Translations under genes and position numbers: made by a program
In this document: positions 23,283 through 35,600 of the stretch, in pieces
Layout: every line of letters starts with the position of its first letter
Numbering within the stretch: position 1 is the stretch's first letter
Origin: Guillardia theta CCMP2712
Lineage: Eukaryota; Protista; Cryptophyta
DNA length: 64,000 bases
Assembly: GCF_000315625.1 (NCBI RefSeq)
Contig: NW_005434640.1
Location: 397,593-461,592, forward strand
Direction of reading: 5' to 3'
Notes under the pieces: generated by a model
What the model was told of the DNA's origin: nothing
Database searches by the model: none
What the model saw: the letters and a program-made list of their open reading frames with translations, nothing else

Positions 23283-24037
23283 ATGACGTCGAAAGCAGGT
23301 TTATTCACCCCTCCCTCATCCAGCTTGGAGCTGATGTTTCCTCCGCAAGCTGCCGGCAAGCGAGCTAGGGGGATCAACTTCGATCAGGTGTGCAGGCTGC
23401 ATGGATGCTTCATGGTCTTCTACGGGCTCGTCGTCTTCCTCTCCTGCGTTGCAGAGCAGTACGAGTCGTTGAGCTGGCTGACCAACGCGGGCCTGCGGCT
23501 GAACCTCCTCTACTCCTCGGCCAGCGGCAAAGACCCTCACGTGAACGCAGTCTACAGGATATTGGCGCTGTGCATGGCAGCCATCGGAATGTACGAGCTG
23601 AAAATCCCTGAGCTGGACGAGAGATACAAGGTTCTAGCTCCTCCCTCGCCTCCCTTGTCCTGACCTCAGGTCGCAGAACTACTTCAGCAAGGCTTTCGTC
23701 CTCTACTTGCTACCATGCGGCTTGTGCTTCTTCTACGACGCCTCTCAGGTGGCTCATGGTTCCTCCCTTCTCCTCTCACTTGTGGGCAGCCGTACGCTGG
23801 TCCAATGGCGATCGCCACCGCTATCGTGCCGACCTTCTTTGGGCTGGCAGGAGCTTACACCCTCATCAACAAGTGAGTTTGAAATGAGCTCTCCGTTAGC
23901 CACTTTCATCATCATCCTTGCCTAGATGAAGGATTGCGACCCTTGTTCGAGTCGAACGCTGCTGATACTTGATCGTCCCCAGCTGCAGGAGAAGAGCGTT
24001 CAACATCGACGAGGAGAAGCTGGCTAGCGTGAACTAG
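23283..24037 (+). CDS. Small multi-pass (~4 TM) membrane protein, unknown function
   Basis: Phase-consistent exons with hydrophobic helices (HGCFMVFYGLVVFLSC, YRILALCMAAIGMY, AFVLYLLPCGLCFF, AIVPTFFGLAGAYTLI) ending ..EEKLASVN*. Confidence 0.7.
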
Positions 24038-24119
24038 TCGCTGCTTTCAAGCACTCTCCTCTACCCACATGTACATATCACACCGCAAGAGACGAACCTT
24101 AATCTAATCAAAAGTTTTC

Positions 24120-25602
24120 ATCTCATCTCTCCCAGTAGTAGTTCCATGGATTCTGTCGTATCCCGGCAGTTCGAGGACGAGACTTCGCCTGCCCCACCCG
24201 ACAACCGTCAGCCGTCAACGTCCACCGCCCGTTCCCCCGAGACCTGATCATTCGAGATGGCTCCTGCTCCTCCTGCTGCCCCATCATGATACCATCGACC
24301 GATCTGCCCGCTCTCGGTCTGGAACAGCGAGCTGCTTCTCGGATAGGAGGAGAAAGTTTCGGAACTTCTGTGATAGGGGTGAATCTGGGAAGAGAGGAGG
24401 AGGAAAGGAAGGAGGAGGGTAGGGGGAAGGAAAACCTGCTGACTCGTGAACTGTGAGGTCGATGTCGTGGTTGCGGGGCGTAGATGGAATCATGCCTGGA
24501 GGAGATGAGCGAATCCCGACGCGCCTCTCATCATACCGGAACTCGAGGGTGGTGTAAGGAACTTTGATGGTGGAGGAGGTGACCACTGGGATCGTCTTGC
24601 TCCTCCGCTGCTCTTCTCCTGCTCCACGGGCAAGGTAGAGGCAGCGGGATAGGACGTGAGTTCCTTCATGCCCCGCGCTACTTCCCGCCTACCTGCCGTC
24701 CATCCTATAGCAAGCGAGTCCCATCGGCTCGATCCCTGGGCACAAGTCAGCGAGTCGCTGCTTGCCCTCCGCTCACCTTCCCCGTCCTGTGAGGAGGAGT
24801 GGGCAGGCCGTCCATGTCCAGGGGATGCACTCGACTGCGAAGTTTGTGAGCGAGGGAGCGACATGGCGGCGAGAGACCTTGAGGAGGCCGCGGAGCTCGG
24901 CTCTTCAGAGGTCCCGAGAGACAAGCCGAGGTCAGGAGGGAAACAAGGCAAGAGCTACAAGACCTGGCGCTCGTTTCAAGTCCAGCTTCGGAACCGCAGT
25001 TCGCTTCACTGGCTGCCCCCTCATCCTCCTCTCCTCTATCACCCTGGCGCTCTTCGCGCTCGACTGGAGGGGCTGAGGCCTGGGGAAAGGATTCTTCTGT
25101 GCTGGGAACGTGCCGGTGAGATCAGCAATTCTGAGCTTCGCCAGGGACTGCCAGCTGCTGGGCTGACAGAGGTCGGCGATCTTGCGGTGGAGGGAGTGGC
25201 TGATGGATGTCGATGTGCGAGCCGTGGAAAGAAACTCCTCGTTCCTACCAGAATGAAGTAAAGGGCGAAGCGAGGAAGGAGAGTACGTGAAGGAGGGAGG
25301 AGGGAGGAGGGAGAATCGGAAAATGTGAATGAGCGATCAGGGAAGGAGGAGAGAGGAAGAAGCAGATGGATAAAGAGAAGGATTCGAGGAGAAGGATTCG
25401 AGGAGAAGGAGAGGAGAGGAGACAATAAAATGGCGAGAAGTATCGAGAGGAGAGGAGAGGAGAGGAGAGGAGAGGAGATGAGGGGAGGGGAGGGGAGGGG
25501 AGAGGAGAGGAGAATGAGGTAGGAGCGGACGTGAGGAGACTGGTAGGAGGGGAGGCACCATGCTGACCTGGAGCGGTATTCCATCTTCGCCGCCTGTACC
25601 AT
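24120..25602 (-). CDS. Hypothetical low-complexity protein, spliced; 5' end confused by gap and duplication
   Basis: Coding-like segments between GT-AG introns (IKVPYTTLEFRYDERR, IPSTPRNHDIDLTVHE, KFRNFLLLSEKQLAVP). No recognisable domain. Confidence 0.35.
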
Positions 25603-26589
25603 GATAACGGCTGTAAGACTTNNNNNNNNNNNNNNNNNNNNNNNNNNNNNNNNNNNNNNNNNNNNNNNNNNNNNNNNNNNNNNNNNNNNNNNNNNNNNNN
25701 NNNNNNNNNNNNNNNNNNNNNNNNNNNNNNNNNNNNNNNNNNNNNNNNNNNNNNNNNNNNNNNNNNNNNNNNNNNNNNNNNNNNNNNNNNNNNNNNNNNN
25801 NNNNNNNNNNNNNNNNNNNNNNNNNNNNNNNNNNNNNNNNNNNNNNNNNNNNNNNNNNNNNNNNNNNNNNNNNNNNNNNNNNNNNNNNNNNNNNNNNNNN
25901 NNNNNNNNNNNNNNNNNNNNNNNNNNNNNNNNNNNNNNNNNNNNNNNNNNNNNNNNNNNNNNNNNNNNNNNNNNNNNNNNNNNNNNNNNNNNNNNNNNNN
26001 NNNNNNNNNNNNNNNNNNNNNNNNNNNNNNNNNNNNNNNNNNNNNNNNNNNNNNNNNNNNNNNNNNNNNNNNNNNNNNNNNNNNNNNNNNNNNNNNNNNN
26101 NNNNNNNNNNNNNNNNNNNNNNNNNNNNNNNNNNNNNNNNNNNNNNNNNNNNNNNNNNNNNNNNNNNNNNNNNNNNNNNNNNNNNNNNNNNNNNNNNNNN
26201 NNNNNNNNNNNNNNNNNNNNNNNNNNNNNNNNNNNNNNNNNNNNNNNNNNNGAAGGAGGAGAGAGGAAGAAGCAGCTTCATCAGAAGATGGTAAAAGATG
26301 CACTTGCCCTCGAACAAACCTGAACACCAACACTGGTTAAACGTCTCCCAACCCATCCTCTCGCTAGGAGAGGAGAGGAGAGGAGATGAGGGGAGGGGAG
26401 GGGAGGGGAGAGGAGAGGAGAATGAGGTAGGAGCGGACGTGAGGAGACTGGTAGGAGGGGAGGCACCATGCTGACCTGGAGCGGTATTCCATCTTCGCCG
26501 CCTGTACCATGATAACGGCTGTAAGACTTCGAGGTTGATTTTTTCCTAAAATTAGGACCCCTCCCCTCCGACACACTTATAAGCGCGGC

Positions 26590-28410
26590 ATGTCCATGTT
26601 GATCGCCCTTCTCGCGGCGCTGCCTGTGCTGCAGGCGTTCCAACTGCCGTCCTCTCTCCTCTCCCCTCGTCTTCGTCCCTTCCCCTCCTCCTCCCCTCCT
26701 CTCTCTCGCGTCACCCCGCGGAGCATGACGCCGCTGGTGATGAGCGCGCAGTTCGACCGCCGAACGTTTGGCAAGGTGGCAGGAGGAGCAGCGGCACTTG
26801 TCCTTGGCAAGAAAGTGCTCGATGGCGGGGACTACACGGGGACGCCAGACCTAACGGGTCAGGTGGCCGTCGTGACGGGAGCCAACACGGGGCTGGGCAA
26901 GGAGACCTGCATCAGGTAAGGAGGGTAACTCGAAGTTGAGATCTCATGCAAGAGCAGGCTTGCGAAGCTCGGAGCGGAGGTCGTGCTGGCGAGCAGGAGC
27001 AAGGAGCGAGGAGAGAAGGCTGAGAAGGAGATCAGAGCATTGACTGGCAGCGACAAGCTCTCTACCATGGAGCTCGACCTGGCGTCTTTGAAGAGCATCG
27101 AGCTGTTCGCCTCAGAGCTCAGGAGCAGGCACGACAAGATTGATCTGCTGGTGAACAATGCAGGAGTGATGGCGATCCCGACGCGCGAGGAGACCAAGGA
27201 CGGGCTGGAGAGGCAGATCGGGATCAACCACTTCGGGTGAGGAGATGCACTGAGTGAGCCCGGGGGGTCCGACTGACACCAGCCCAGCCACTTCCACCTT
27301 ACAAACCTCCTCCTCCCTCAGATCAAGAAGGCCTCAGAAAAATCCGGAGATGCTCGCATCATCAACCTCTCCTCCGACGCCCACCTCATCGCCTTCAACG
27401 GGATGAACTTTGACGACTTGCAGTCCAAGAGCAGCTACGATCCCTGGAAGGTCAGCTCCCTCTGCGCGCTACTGCTCCCGCCGCGTGACCTCAGCTGACC
27501 TCCTACTCTCAGGCCTACGGACAGTCGAAGCTCGCCAACATCCTCTTCACCAAGGAGCTGCAGAGGAGGCTCGGGGCTGACTCTCCTGTCTCCGCCGCTG
27601 CCGTGCACCCTGGCGTTGTGCGCACAGAGCTGGGGTATTGCTGCTGATTCGGAGAGGAGGAATCTGCAAGCTGACACTCTCGGTGGTCCAGGAGAAACTT
27701 CTTCCTTCCACCCGAGCTCTGCAGCTCTCTTGGCTCTGTGGACTGCAAAGGACAAGTTGTCTTTCCCCACCTCTTTTCAGTCCCGCCCCCCCCCCCTCTC
27801 CCCTAACCCTCCAGGCTTGTTTTCCTCCGCATCCCACTACCACCCCCTTCTGTGTCAACCTCATTCCCCTTCTCAGGCCCTGCCCTGCCTAACTCAACCC
27901 CTTCACATCCTCCCCTCCTACCAACCCCCTTCATTTCTCTTTCGCTCTCTACCGGTCTCTCCCTCTGCCATCATACCTTCTCACCACCTTCGCTGCTCGT
28001 GACTCTCCCCTGCAGCTTCCTCCTGCTGCCCTCGTTGCCGGTGCCGTCTTGCTCCCGTTGGCCGTGTACACGAGCAGAGACCCAGCTCAGGGAGCACAGA
28101 CGCAGGTGGAGGAAGGAGGTGGACAGGGTGGATGGGTGACACTGCGGATCAGGTTCGCTGTTCGGTAGACCCCGAGCTGAAGGGAAAGCTGGGAGGCAGG
28201 TGGGAGAGCCCTCAGACCCATACAATGGCGGAAGCTGACTGCTGCTGCTACAGATACTTCCGCGACTGCCATGAGGCTGCTCCTTCGCCGGCTGCTCAGG
28301 TAAGATGCTGGAAGCCTCTGCCTTGAGCTTACCTGGCCTAGGACGCATCCGCTGCCCTCAAGCTCTGGGAAATCAGCGAGGAACTGACAGGGAGCAAGTT
28401 CAACGTCTGA
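26590..28410 (+). CDS. Short-chain dehydrogenase/reductase (RDH11/12, Tic32-like), plastid-targeted
   Basis: [49 protein letters not shown] (YxxxK), [10 protein letters not shown]; leader [16 protein letters not shown]|FQLPSS followed by Ser/Pro/Arg-rich transit peptide. Confidence 0.93.
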
Positions 28411-28579
28411 GCTGAACCAGATGAGAGTGTGACTTCTGTCGGTTTGTCAACGATTCGTCAGTAAAGACCACTCTACACTGGATTGGTGCTGCTTCACTAT
28501 TATACAAATATCTCTCAACCTCAGCTGCTGGGGGCATGCCGTTCTGCAGCGAACTTCCTTCGGAATGCGTGAATAACCT

Positions 28580-29017
28580 TCACACATGCAGCACACCAAA
28601 CTTCCTCGAGTTAACTGCAGCAGGAACTGTTTCTTCCTGGAGCCATCTTAGAGGGTAGTAACGGGTCTCAAGCTCCTTGCTCGACCGTATGACATGCGCG
28701 TGCTTGCGCACCGCAGGGTGCGGCTGCTCTCTATGGTACAACTTGTGGACCCAGTTGGACGAAGGATGAGGCCCTCCGATGTTGTCCGACCTGATCTCGT
28801 CGTTATGCGCTGCGTTCCACCTGTGCCCCAGTCCCTCCCGCTCCTTCTCTTCCTCCAGAAGCTTGTGGTCTCCGATCTCAGCTGTCTGCATGTCGTCTGC
28901 TTGCAGCAGGGTCTGTCTCCTTGCAAGAGTTCCCGACCTCGACATGGCTACTACATGGATCGCCGCCATGATCCCCAGCACCGCGGCCGCTACCGCTGGC
29001 CACCTCTTACCCCGCAT
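28580..29017 (-). CDS. Hypothetical 145-aa secreted or signal-anchored protein, intronless
   Basis: ATG-initiated ORF with N-terminal hydrophobic helix (AVAAAVLGIMAAIHVVAM) and His-rich hydrophilic tail. Confidence 0.6.
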   Translation of the reverse strand: MRGKRWPAVAAAVLGIMAAIHVVAMSRSGTLARRQTLLQADDMQTAEIGDHKLLEEEKEREGLGHRWNAAHNDEIRSDNIGGPHPSSNWVHKLYHREQPHPAVRKHAHVIRSSKELETRYYPLRWLQEETVPAAVNSRKFGVLHV

Positions 29018-29167
29018 TGAAAGGTCAATTGAGCCTCATCCCCGCTCATGTTAATGTTGTGTACTGGTACCGGTACTCTGACCGGTACTTCACAATCTAG
29101 GATGTAGGGGTGGGTAGACTGAGTAAAGTCGGGGGTCTGATCACTAAAATGCTAGACAACTGAAGGG

Positions 29168-31690
29168 ATGGCTCGGGGCCATGGCGGAGGAGCAGAGGGA
29201 GGGAGGAGAAGAGAAGAGGGAGGGAGGAGAAGAGCGGAGGGAGGGAGGAGAGGTTCATTGGACTATCCAAGTTCGACCTGCTCAAGTGCGTCGAGAACTA
29301 CTCTCCTCTACCTCCTCTCCCTTGCACTCCTTCCCGGCTCGCAGGCATCGTTCTCCTTCGAACTCTCGCTCATGGCGGGGGGCATGAAGTGGTCATGCAT
29401 GTCTAGCGTCACCATCGACCTCGAGCTGTCAGTGCCTCACCCAATGTGGGCGGACAGGAGGAGCACGTTGTCCCTGCGAGCAAGAGGTATGCCGACAGGA
29501 ATGTATGCTTCACGGTGGACGGTGGAGAGAAGAGTGGATGATGCGAACGAGCTCAAGTATGAATCTCAAGAAATGTTGCGAGCCGACGACCTCCAGGAGC
29601 TCCATACCAACCTGACTGTGCCTGCTCTCCCCCACGGCCTGTATGCTGCATCCTTCTTGATCAGCAAAGGTGACGAGATGCTGCTTCATTGTGACGTGGG
29701 CCCCTGGCGGGCAGTGCTCGATCCTTCAGTGGGGGTCTGCTGTAAGATGCCGAGCTACCGCAGAGAAGATCCGTGCGAGTCTCTGACGAGTTGGATGCAG
29801 TGCATGAAGCTTGAGAGGCTGCTCAGCTGCGAGGCTTTCCTGGAGCTGCATCGACATGGTCGCCTCCATGAGAGCCTGACTGCGTCTGGATTCTCCGACG
29901 TGCAAGCCGAGGGGATCCTGCAATGCTACAGGGAGACCCGCACGGGCCTTGTTTTCGCGCTGCTCGACCCCCCGCTGATCCCGCTGACGTCAAGGGTTAC
30001 ATGTATCATGGAGTCGATCTCCAGAGCGAGAGCGAGCTTCGCACATGACTACCTTAGAGCCGCGCTCTTCCTCTCTGCGAACTTCACCCACCTGCTACAG
30101 GAGCCGTCGTTCCTCGCCCAGATACAAGAGCTGGATGTCGATGTGATCCAGACGTATCAAGATTTTCACAGCAAGGCATCTTTCTTGCTCGATGCCATCC
30201 TTGAAAGCCCCTATGAGCAAACGATCTTGATCGAGAGCTGCCAAGTTTGCAGCCTTCAGACAGACTTGCTGTGGCTGCTCAGGTACAAGGATCTGCTCCT
30301 TCCTCCCATCGGATCATCAGTCGGTGATAAGAACCTGGACAGCTCCTGCTCAGCAGACGCACATGTTGATAAGGAATCCTTGGTTTCCCAACTGATTGTG
30401 CTCAAGAAGTCTGCACCTGTGCAAGAACTTCTACGTCAACTATCGACCGACTTGTTGGAGAGGAGGGAGGAAGGCCCTTTATCATCGCTGCTGGGTGAGG
30501 TTGCCAGCAAACATAGCACTCTGAACATCGCCTGGTTGAATGCTGAGACACAATGTCATTCGCAACATTTCGCAAGCAGCGGCACTTCGGATCGCCCGCG
30601 GGAGGATGCAGGCAAGGAGGGCAAGGAGCCTAGCGCTCGATCCCGTCTGTGCGAGCTCTTGCTGGAGCTCCCGGCGACGAGGGAGGAGCTACCGACTCTG
30701 TCCGCCATCCGGCTTACAACAGGGCGGGAGTGGGACTACTCTGAGTCCTCGCTCAACATGGCCATGAGAGTCTGCTACCATCTCTTCCGAGTCGCCTTGA
30801 AGCAAGACCCTCCAACCTCGAGCTCCTCCGAAGCCATCGTGAGCGGCCTTGGGCCCGTTGACGATGCCAACGGCGCACAACCTGCTGTGGATCCCGACAA
30901 CATCTTCTGCTGGTTTGACATGCCCTTCCTCGCGCACCTGCTTTTGAATCGCCTGCTGTTCGCGAGAAGGGAGGGCATGGACAGCCTCGTCTACCTCGCC
31001 AACCGGAGGGACTTCGGGAAGCGCAAGGGAAACTTCCTCAAGCTGCCGGCCATGAGGAAAGCGCTGGAGCTCTACGACACGGCTGTCTGGGTGGACTTGG
31101 ACGGCTACATGCCCTCGAGCGTCAGGAACCTGACCAGGCCTCGCTTCACTCAGCTCTTCCTCGCCCCAGAACAAGCGCTGGCCCTCAACGTTTGTCCTCA
31201 GCCGCCTCACTACCTCCTCTCGGGCTTCATGATCATGCGGTCTAACCGCTTCAACCAGGAACTGCTGTGGCGAGTCTCCTCCTACACGCAGGACGGCGAA
31301 CTGCCTTGCGACCAGCAGGCGATACAGCACGTCCTCCTCGAGTACGCGAACGCGTCAGGGCGCCTGGCCTACGACCGGCGCTGCATCCTGCACTACGATG
31401 AGTTCTGCTACGCCAAGGTGCTGGCGGCGAACGGGATTCCAGAAGGAAGCTCTCCTCTCCCTCAAGTCTCCACCAGCCCCTTCTGTGGAGCTGCAGGCCA
31501 GACCTTGCAGCTAATGTGCGGCTGCAGCAGTCAAGAGTTCCCGTACCTGGACACGTGCCAGGAGCGGGAGACGATGCTGGTTCACTTCGGCAGGATGCGC
31601 TTCCGGTCACGGTTCTCTGAGCTCATGGACGACAACATCCAGAGACTCTTCGACCAGCCTCCCCTTGACTCCTCCCCTGCTGCTCGCTGA
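29168..31690 (+). CDS. Glycosyltransferase-like protein (GT-A fold, GT34/GT77-like C-terminal domain), intronless 840 aa
   Basis: N-terminal hydrophobic segment; C-terminal NFLKLPAMRKALELYDTAVWVDLDGY (DxD), LLSGFMIMRSN, CDQQAIQHVL. Confidence 0.7.
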   Translation: MARGHGGGAEGGRRREEGGRRRAEGGRRGSLDYPSSTCSSASRTTLLYLLSLALLPGSQASFSFELSLMAGGMKWSCMSSVTIDLELSVPHPMWADRRSTLSLRARGMPTGMYASRWTVERRVDDANELKYESQEMLRADDLQELHTNLTVPALPHGLYAASFLISKGDEMLLHCDVGPWRAVLDPSVGVCCKMPSYRREDPCESLTSWMQCMKLERLLSCEAFLELHRHGRLHESLTASGFSDVQAEGILQCYRETRTGLVFALLDPPLIPLTSRVTCIMESISRARASFAHDYLRAALFLSANFTHLLQEPSFLAQIQELDVDVIQTYQDFHSKASFLLDAILESPYEQTILIESCQVCSLQTDLLWLLRYKDLLLPPIGSSVGDKNLDSSCSADAHVDKESLVSQLIVLKKSAPVQELLRQLSTDLLERREEGPLSSLLGEVASKHSTLNIAWLNAETQCHSQHFASSGTSDRPREDAGKEGKEPSARSRLCELLLELPATREELPTLSAIRLTTGREWDYSESSLNMAMRVCYHLFRVALKQDPPTSSSSEAIVSGLGPVDDANGAQPAVDPDNIFCWFDMPFLAHLLLNRLLFARREGMDSLVYLANRRDFGKRKGNFLKLPAMRKALELYDTAVWVDLDGYMPSSVRNLTRPRFTQLFLAPEQALALNVCPQPPHYLLSGFMIMRSNRFNQELLWRVSSYTQDGELPCDQQAIQHVLLEYANASGRLAYDRRCILHYDEFCYAKVLAANGIPEGSSPLPQVSTSPFCGAAGQTLQLMCGCSSQEFPYLDTCQERETMLVHFGRMRFRSRFSELMDDNIQRLFDQPPLDSSPAAR

Positions 31691-32635
31691 TGCTCCCAAG
31701 AGTGTGAGGCAGCCCTGAGTCAGGCTACCTCGAGCGCTCTCCCAGTGCGCCGCTTCCTATCGCCCTCTCGGTCTGTCCTCCAAAAGTCGGGGGGCCGAGT
31801 CCTGCGATGATCAAGTTTCATCTCATTGAGATTTACTTGTATCTCAGAAGTATGTCGAGCTAGGATTATCTTAGAGTCCAACTTCTAGTACACGTGCCAC
31901 GGCAGTGCGGCCAGTAAAGGTGGCAGGCAGTGACTCACGGTGACAACAGGCCCGTCGACCATACCGTGCCGCTGGTTTTACTTGGGGCTGGCGTGCCCAT
32001 AGAGGATCGCAAGTTCAAGTAAGTCCTTTTATCTAGTTCAATAGTACTCCCCGGGCTCACTTCCTTAACTAAGTAAGTTCCCGGTCCGAGCCCGGCCCGG
32101 CGGCCCTTTCAAAGAGTCCGGGCCGCGGGCGGCGCCCGGACTGACCGTTTGATGTCCCTCGTCCCCGCTCTGACCATCGTTTTCCGCGCGAGCGCCATGC
32201 GGCGGGAAGGAGGAACCAGGTGAGGGAGGATGAGAAGAGACACCAATGGCCGCCTTCCTCCTTCGCACTTCTCATTCTCATCCCCATCCTCTCTGCTCCT
32301 CTCTTTCTTCCTCTCTCCTTTCTCCTCCTGTTCCCCTCTGTGCTCTTCTTTCATGAACATGCTCTCTCCCTGTGTCTTCTGCAATCTTCCGCCTATTGTT
32401 CGCCTCCTCTCTCTCCATGGCTCGTTGCACGACTCCTCTCTCTTCTCCTCTCTCATTTGTCTCGCCGCTTCCTTGCTTCCCTCATGTCTTACACACTGCC
32501 ACCTTTTTCTTCGATTTATTCACAACTTGTCTTCCTTTGATTCGACGTTCTCACAAACCTTGTGTTTCCGCAGCTTTGTATGAATCATATCCTCCCCTGC
32601 AGTTTGTAAGGTAGAGAGGCTGAACATCTCGGAGA

Positions 32636-35600
32636 ATGGAGCAAGCTGTATCGTTGCTCCATGCCGCTAAGGCGGCGAATCTTTCCGAGAAGGTTTCCGC
32701 CCTCACTGTCCTCTTCAGGCTCTTTTGATACCTGTTCCTCTGAGCAGGAGTCAAAGTTCGACAATCTTCTTACCTATGTTCGAGGAGTGCGAGCAGCGCC
32801 TGCGCTGTTTGAGGAGCTCCTTCCCCTTGTCCTGGAAATGCAGTCTGAAGGTTAGCCTTTCCCCCACGCCACAGGCGCACCCTGACCCGTTGCTGCTAGA
32901 CAATCCCCATGTCCGGTCATTCGTCGTGCAGTTCATAGAGGAGAGCTGCAAGCGATTGCCACAGTGAGTTCATCCTGATCCAGAGGTCGCCGTGATGGAG
33001 GTCGACAGGCTTCTTCCTCAAGCTGTCACGGCGCTACTCGAGTTTTCACGCAGTGAGGATGTCAATGTCTTGACCAAGGTAGAGCCTGCTGCCTTGACGA
33101 TGTCAGTGCTTTCTGACCTTCTTTGCTCTCAGGCCATGAAAGCTGTAGCCGTGCTCTTTCGAAAGACGCTGGTTTTTGTCTGCAGGTTTGACCTCACGAC
33201 TTGAATGTGGGCAAGCTGACTCGATCTCGCAAGCGAGGAGTATGAAGTTGACAACGAAGACGCGATCGCTACTTGGAACTGCATCAAGGAATCATTCGCT
33301 GGCATGAGAGTGTGAGTGATGCCTCTTCCTGTCCTGTTAGTCAATGCACCTGAGTGGACCTCTCCGAATCCCCCCCTTTTTTTTTTACAAAGCTGATCAA
33401 TTTTGATTTTGTCAGACACGTTTCCCACGCAAGCGCCAAAGTCAGGTGATTTCATATCTTTCAACCTCCATTTGAGCACAGGAAACTGATTCGCTCTTAT
33501 CCATGGCATGAGCAGGAACTCAACAGTGTTACTAATTCAGTGCATTGCAATCGCGTTGGGAGTTTCCGAACAAAACGACAATCCTGACGTGAGTTTGTAG
33601 ACTTAGAATGCATTCGAGTGGTGTGAGGGACTCAACAAATGACAGATACAAGGAGAGGATGAGAATGATGAGGAATCCTGGACTATTAATTGTATCCCTC
33701 CATGCCATCCCGTTCTTGATTTCGCGGAACTCAAGGCTCTGGGACAAGTAAGTCCTTGGCAGCGAAGGAAGAGACGTGACGAGGTTGCGCACAGGACTGT
33801 GTAAATCAACTTTTGAGTCTCCTAGACCCCAAAACATCTGTGAGAACTTGTCTGGTCAGCCATCTATGTGCCTTACTCTTTCGCAGACTCCCTTTCAAAC
33901 TATGCTCTGTGCCATCAACTGCCTTGGGCGTATCGCACGCAATCAGCCAGTCTTCTTAGGAGAGATCGAGCCTGTCAGACCATCCAGCATTCTTTTGATC
34001 TCTTCCTGACTTCCTATCCAGGTTCTTTCCGCTGCGTGCCGGAACATCACAAACGTGGATGCTTGGCAGGTAGACGGGTGATGGTGTAGACCCATCATAC
34101 TGATCCTGTTGTCTTTCCTCCAGCTTTCGAGCCTCAAGAGTACCGTCAAGTCAACCATGCTCGCGCTCCTCAAACTCCCTCGGTCAGACGTCGAGACTTG
34201 CTGGACGCACCCGGAACTGAAGGGAAGGTGGCAGATGCTCGGCTTACGCGGCTGTTCTCGTGGATCGGCTCATTTCTCTTGGGGCCTCCACTCAGGTTCT
34301 TCGCCGGCGTCTGCCATGTCTGCCATGGACGCGCTAAGCTGCATGTCAGGCTGAAGCAGCGCGACGAATCATGGAGAAAGAGAAGCAGAAGACGCGGCAC
34401 TCGGCACCTGGGAGGTTGGTCGACTATCGGCATCTCATTCTCATTCACCGTCTGATTCACGCAGGAATGTTGTCAAGCGGCAGGCTGATCCCCGTCTGCA
34501 AGATGCCAGTGCAAACAAGCGAGCGAGGAATGCTCCAGGTGACTTGAATGTGAAGATCACTTGCGAATGACCGCGACCTTAGCCCCTCTCATTGAGCTTG
34601 AGAGAATACCTCAAGGCAAACCCCCCGAAGAATGGCCGCCCGAGCTTGTGAGCCTCTTATCTCTTGGTCTCCTTGTCCTGACGTTGCTCATCGAACCTCA
34701 GGTCACCGAGCTTGTGCTGGCTGCGATGGTCCTGCGCTCCTCCTCCTGTGCCAGTCTTGTCTCATCCTTGGCAGGTTAACTTCCCTCCTGCTCTGCCGCC
34801 TCACCTGATCGACGTTGCCGACACTCCCCTGGGGTGACGCGAGATAAGCCCCCCCCTTTGAGACTCACGCGAGTTGCAGCATGTGGCCAGAGCGGTTGGC
34901 GTTTCCCGGTGCTCATGCGAAGCCGATGAACGAGGCGTCGCGGGTGAGAAGGCGGTAAGCGAGGCGATGAGGCTGACGTGGTGCAGGATGCGGAGGCTGC
35001 GGAGGATGCAAGCGCAGCGAGCGTGTCGAGCATCCGGTCGAAGGCGCTGCAGAGGTTGAGCTGTCGCCTGCCGAGGCCTCGCGTGACCGCCTGGTGCAGC
35101 GCTCGACCGCTCAAGAAGGAGACGATCCAGCAGCTGATGCAGGAAGCCGTCCTCCGAGTCCTTCACGGGTACTGGGCTGACTTGCTGCCGACGCCTCTCA
35201 TTCAAGTCTGTTCAGGGAGTCAGCGGCGTGGAGCATAAGAAACAGTTGGCTTGCTCGCCTGACCTCTCTCGTGTCTCACGGTCGTGGATGGCAGATGTTC
35301 TCGCGAAGCTGATCGCTATGGGGGACGTTTGCGAGGTGCTGGCACTGACTCACTGCCTTCGCATCCTGCCTGATCGACCGTTGCAGGGGCTCGAAGAAGA
35401 AATCGTCAAGTACCTCTTAGCGGCGTATGCAGGCAGCTCAAGCAGCTCCTGCTTGCTCTCGCGCTGACTCCTACGGGGACAGAACGGCACGAGCTCGCAA
35501 TCCAGATCTTACATGAAGTTTACTTGTCGGATAGCGCATCTGTGATTGAGGCAAGAAGATGGAGAGAGCAGGGAGGGTGAAGGAGAAGGAAGAGGGGATG

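Noticed and set aside
25447-26529. ~170-bp direct repeat on both sides of the N-gap (25447-25621 and ~26366-26529), superficially LTR-like
   Set aside because: Identical copies abutting a scaffold gap are best explained as an assembly overlap or allelic artefact; no TG..CA ends or retroelement coding sequence.
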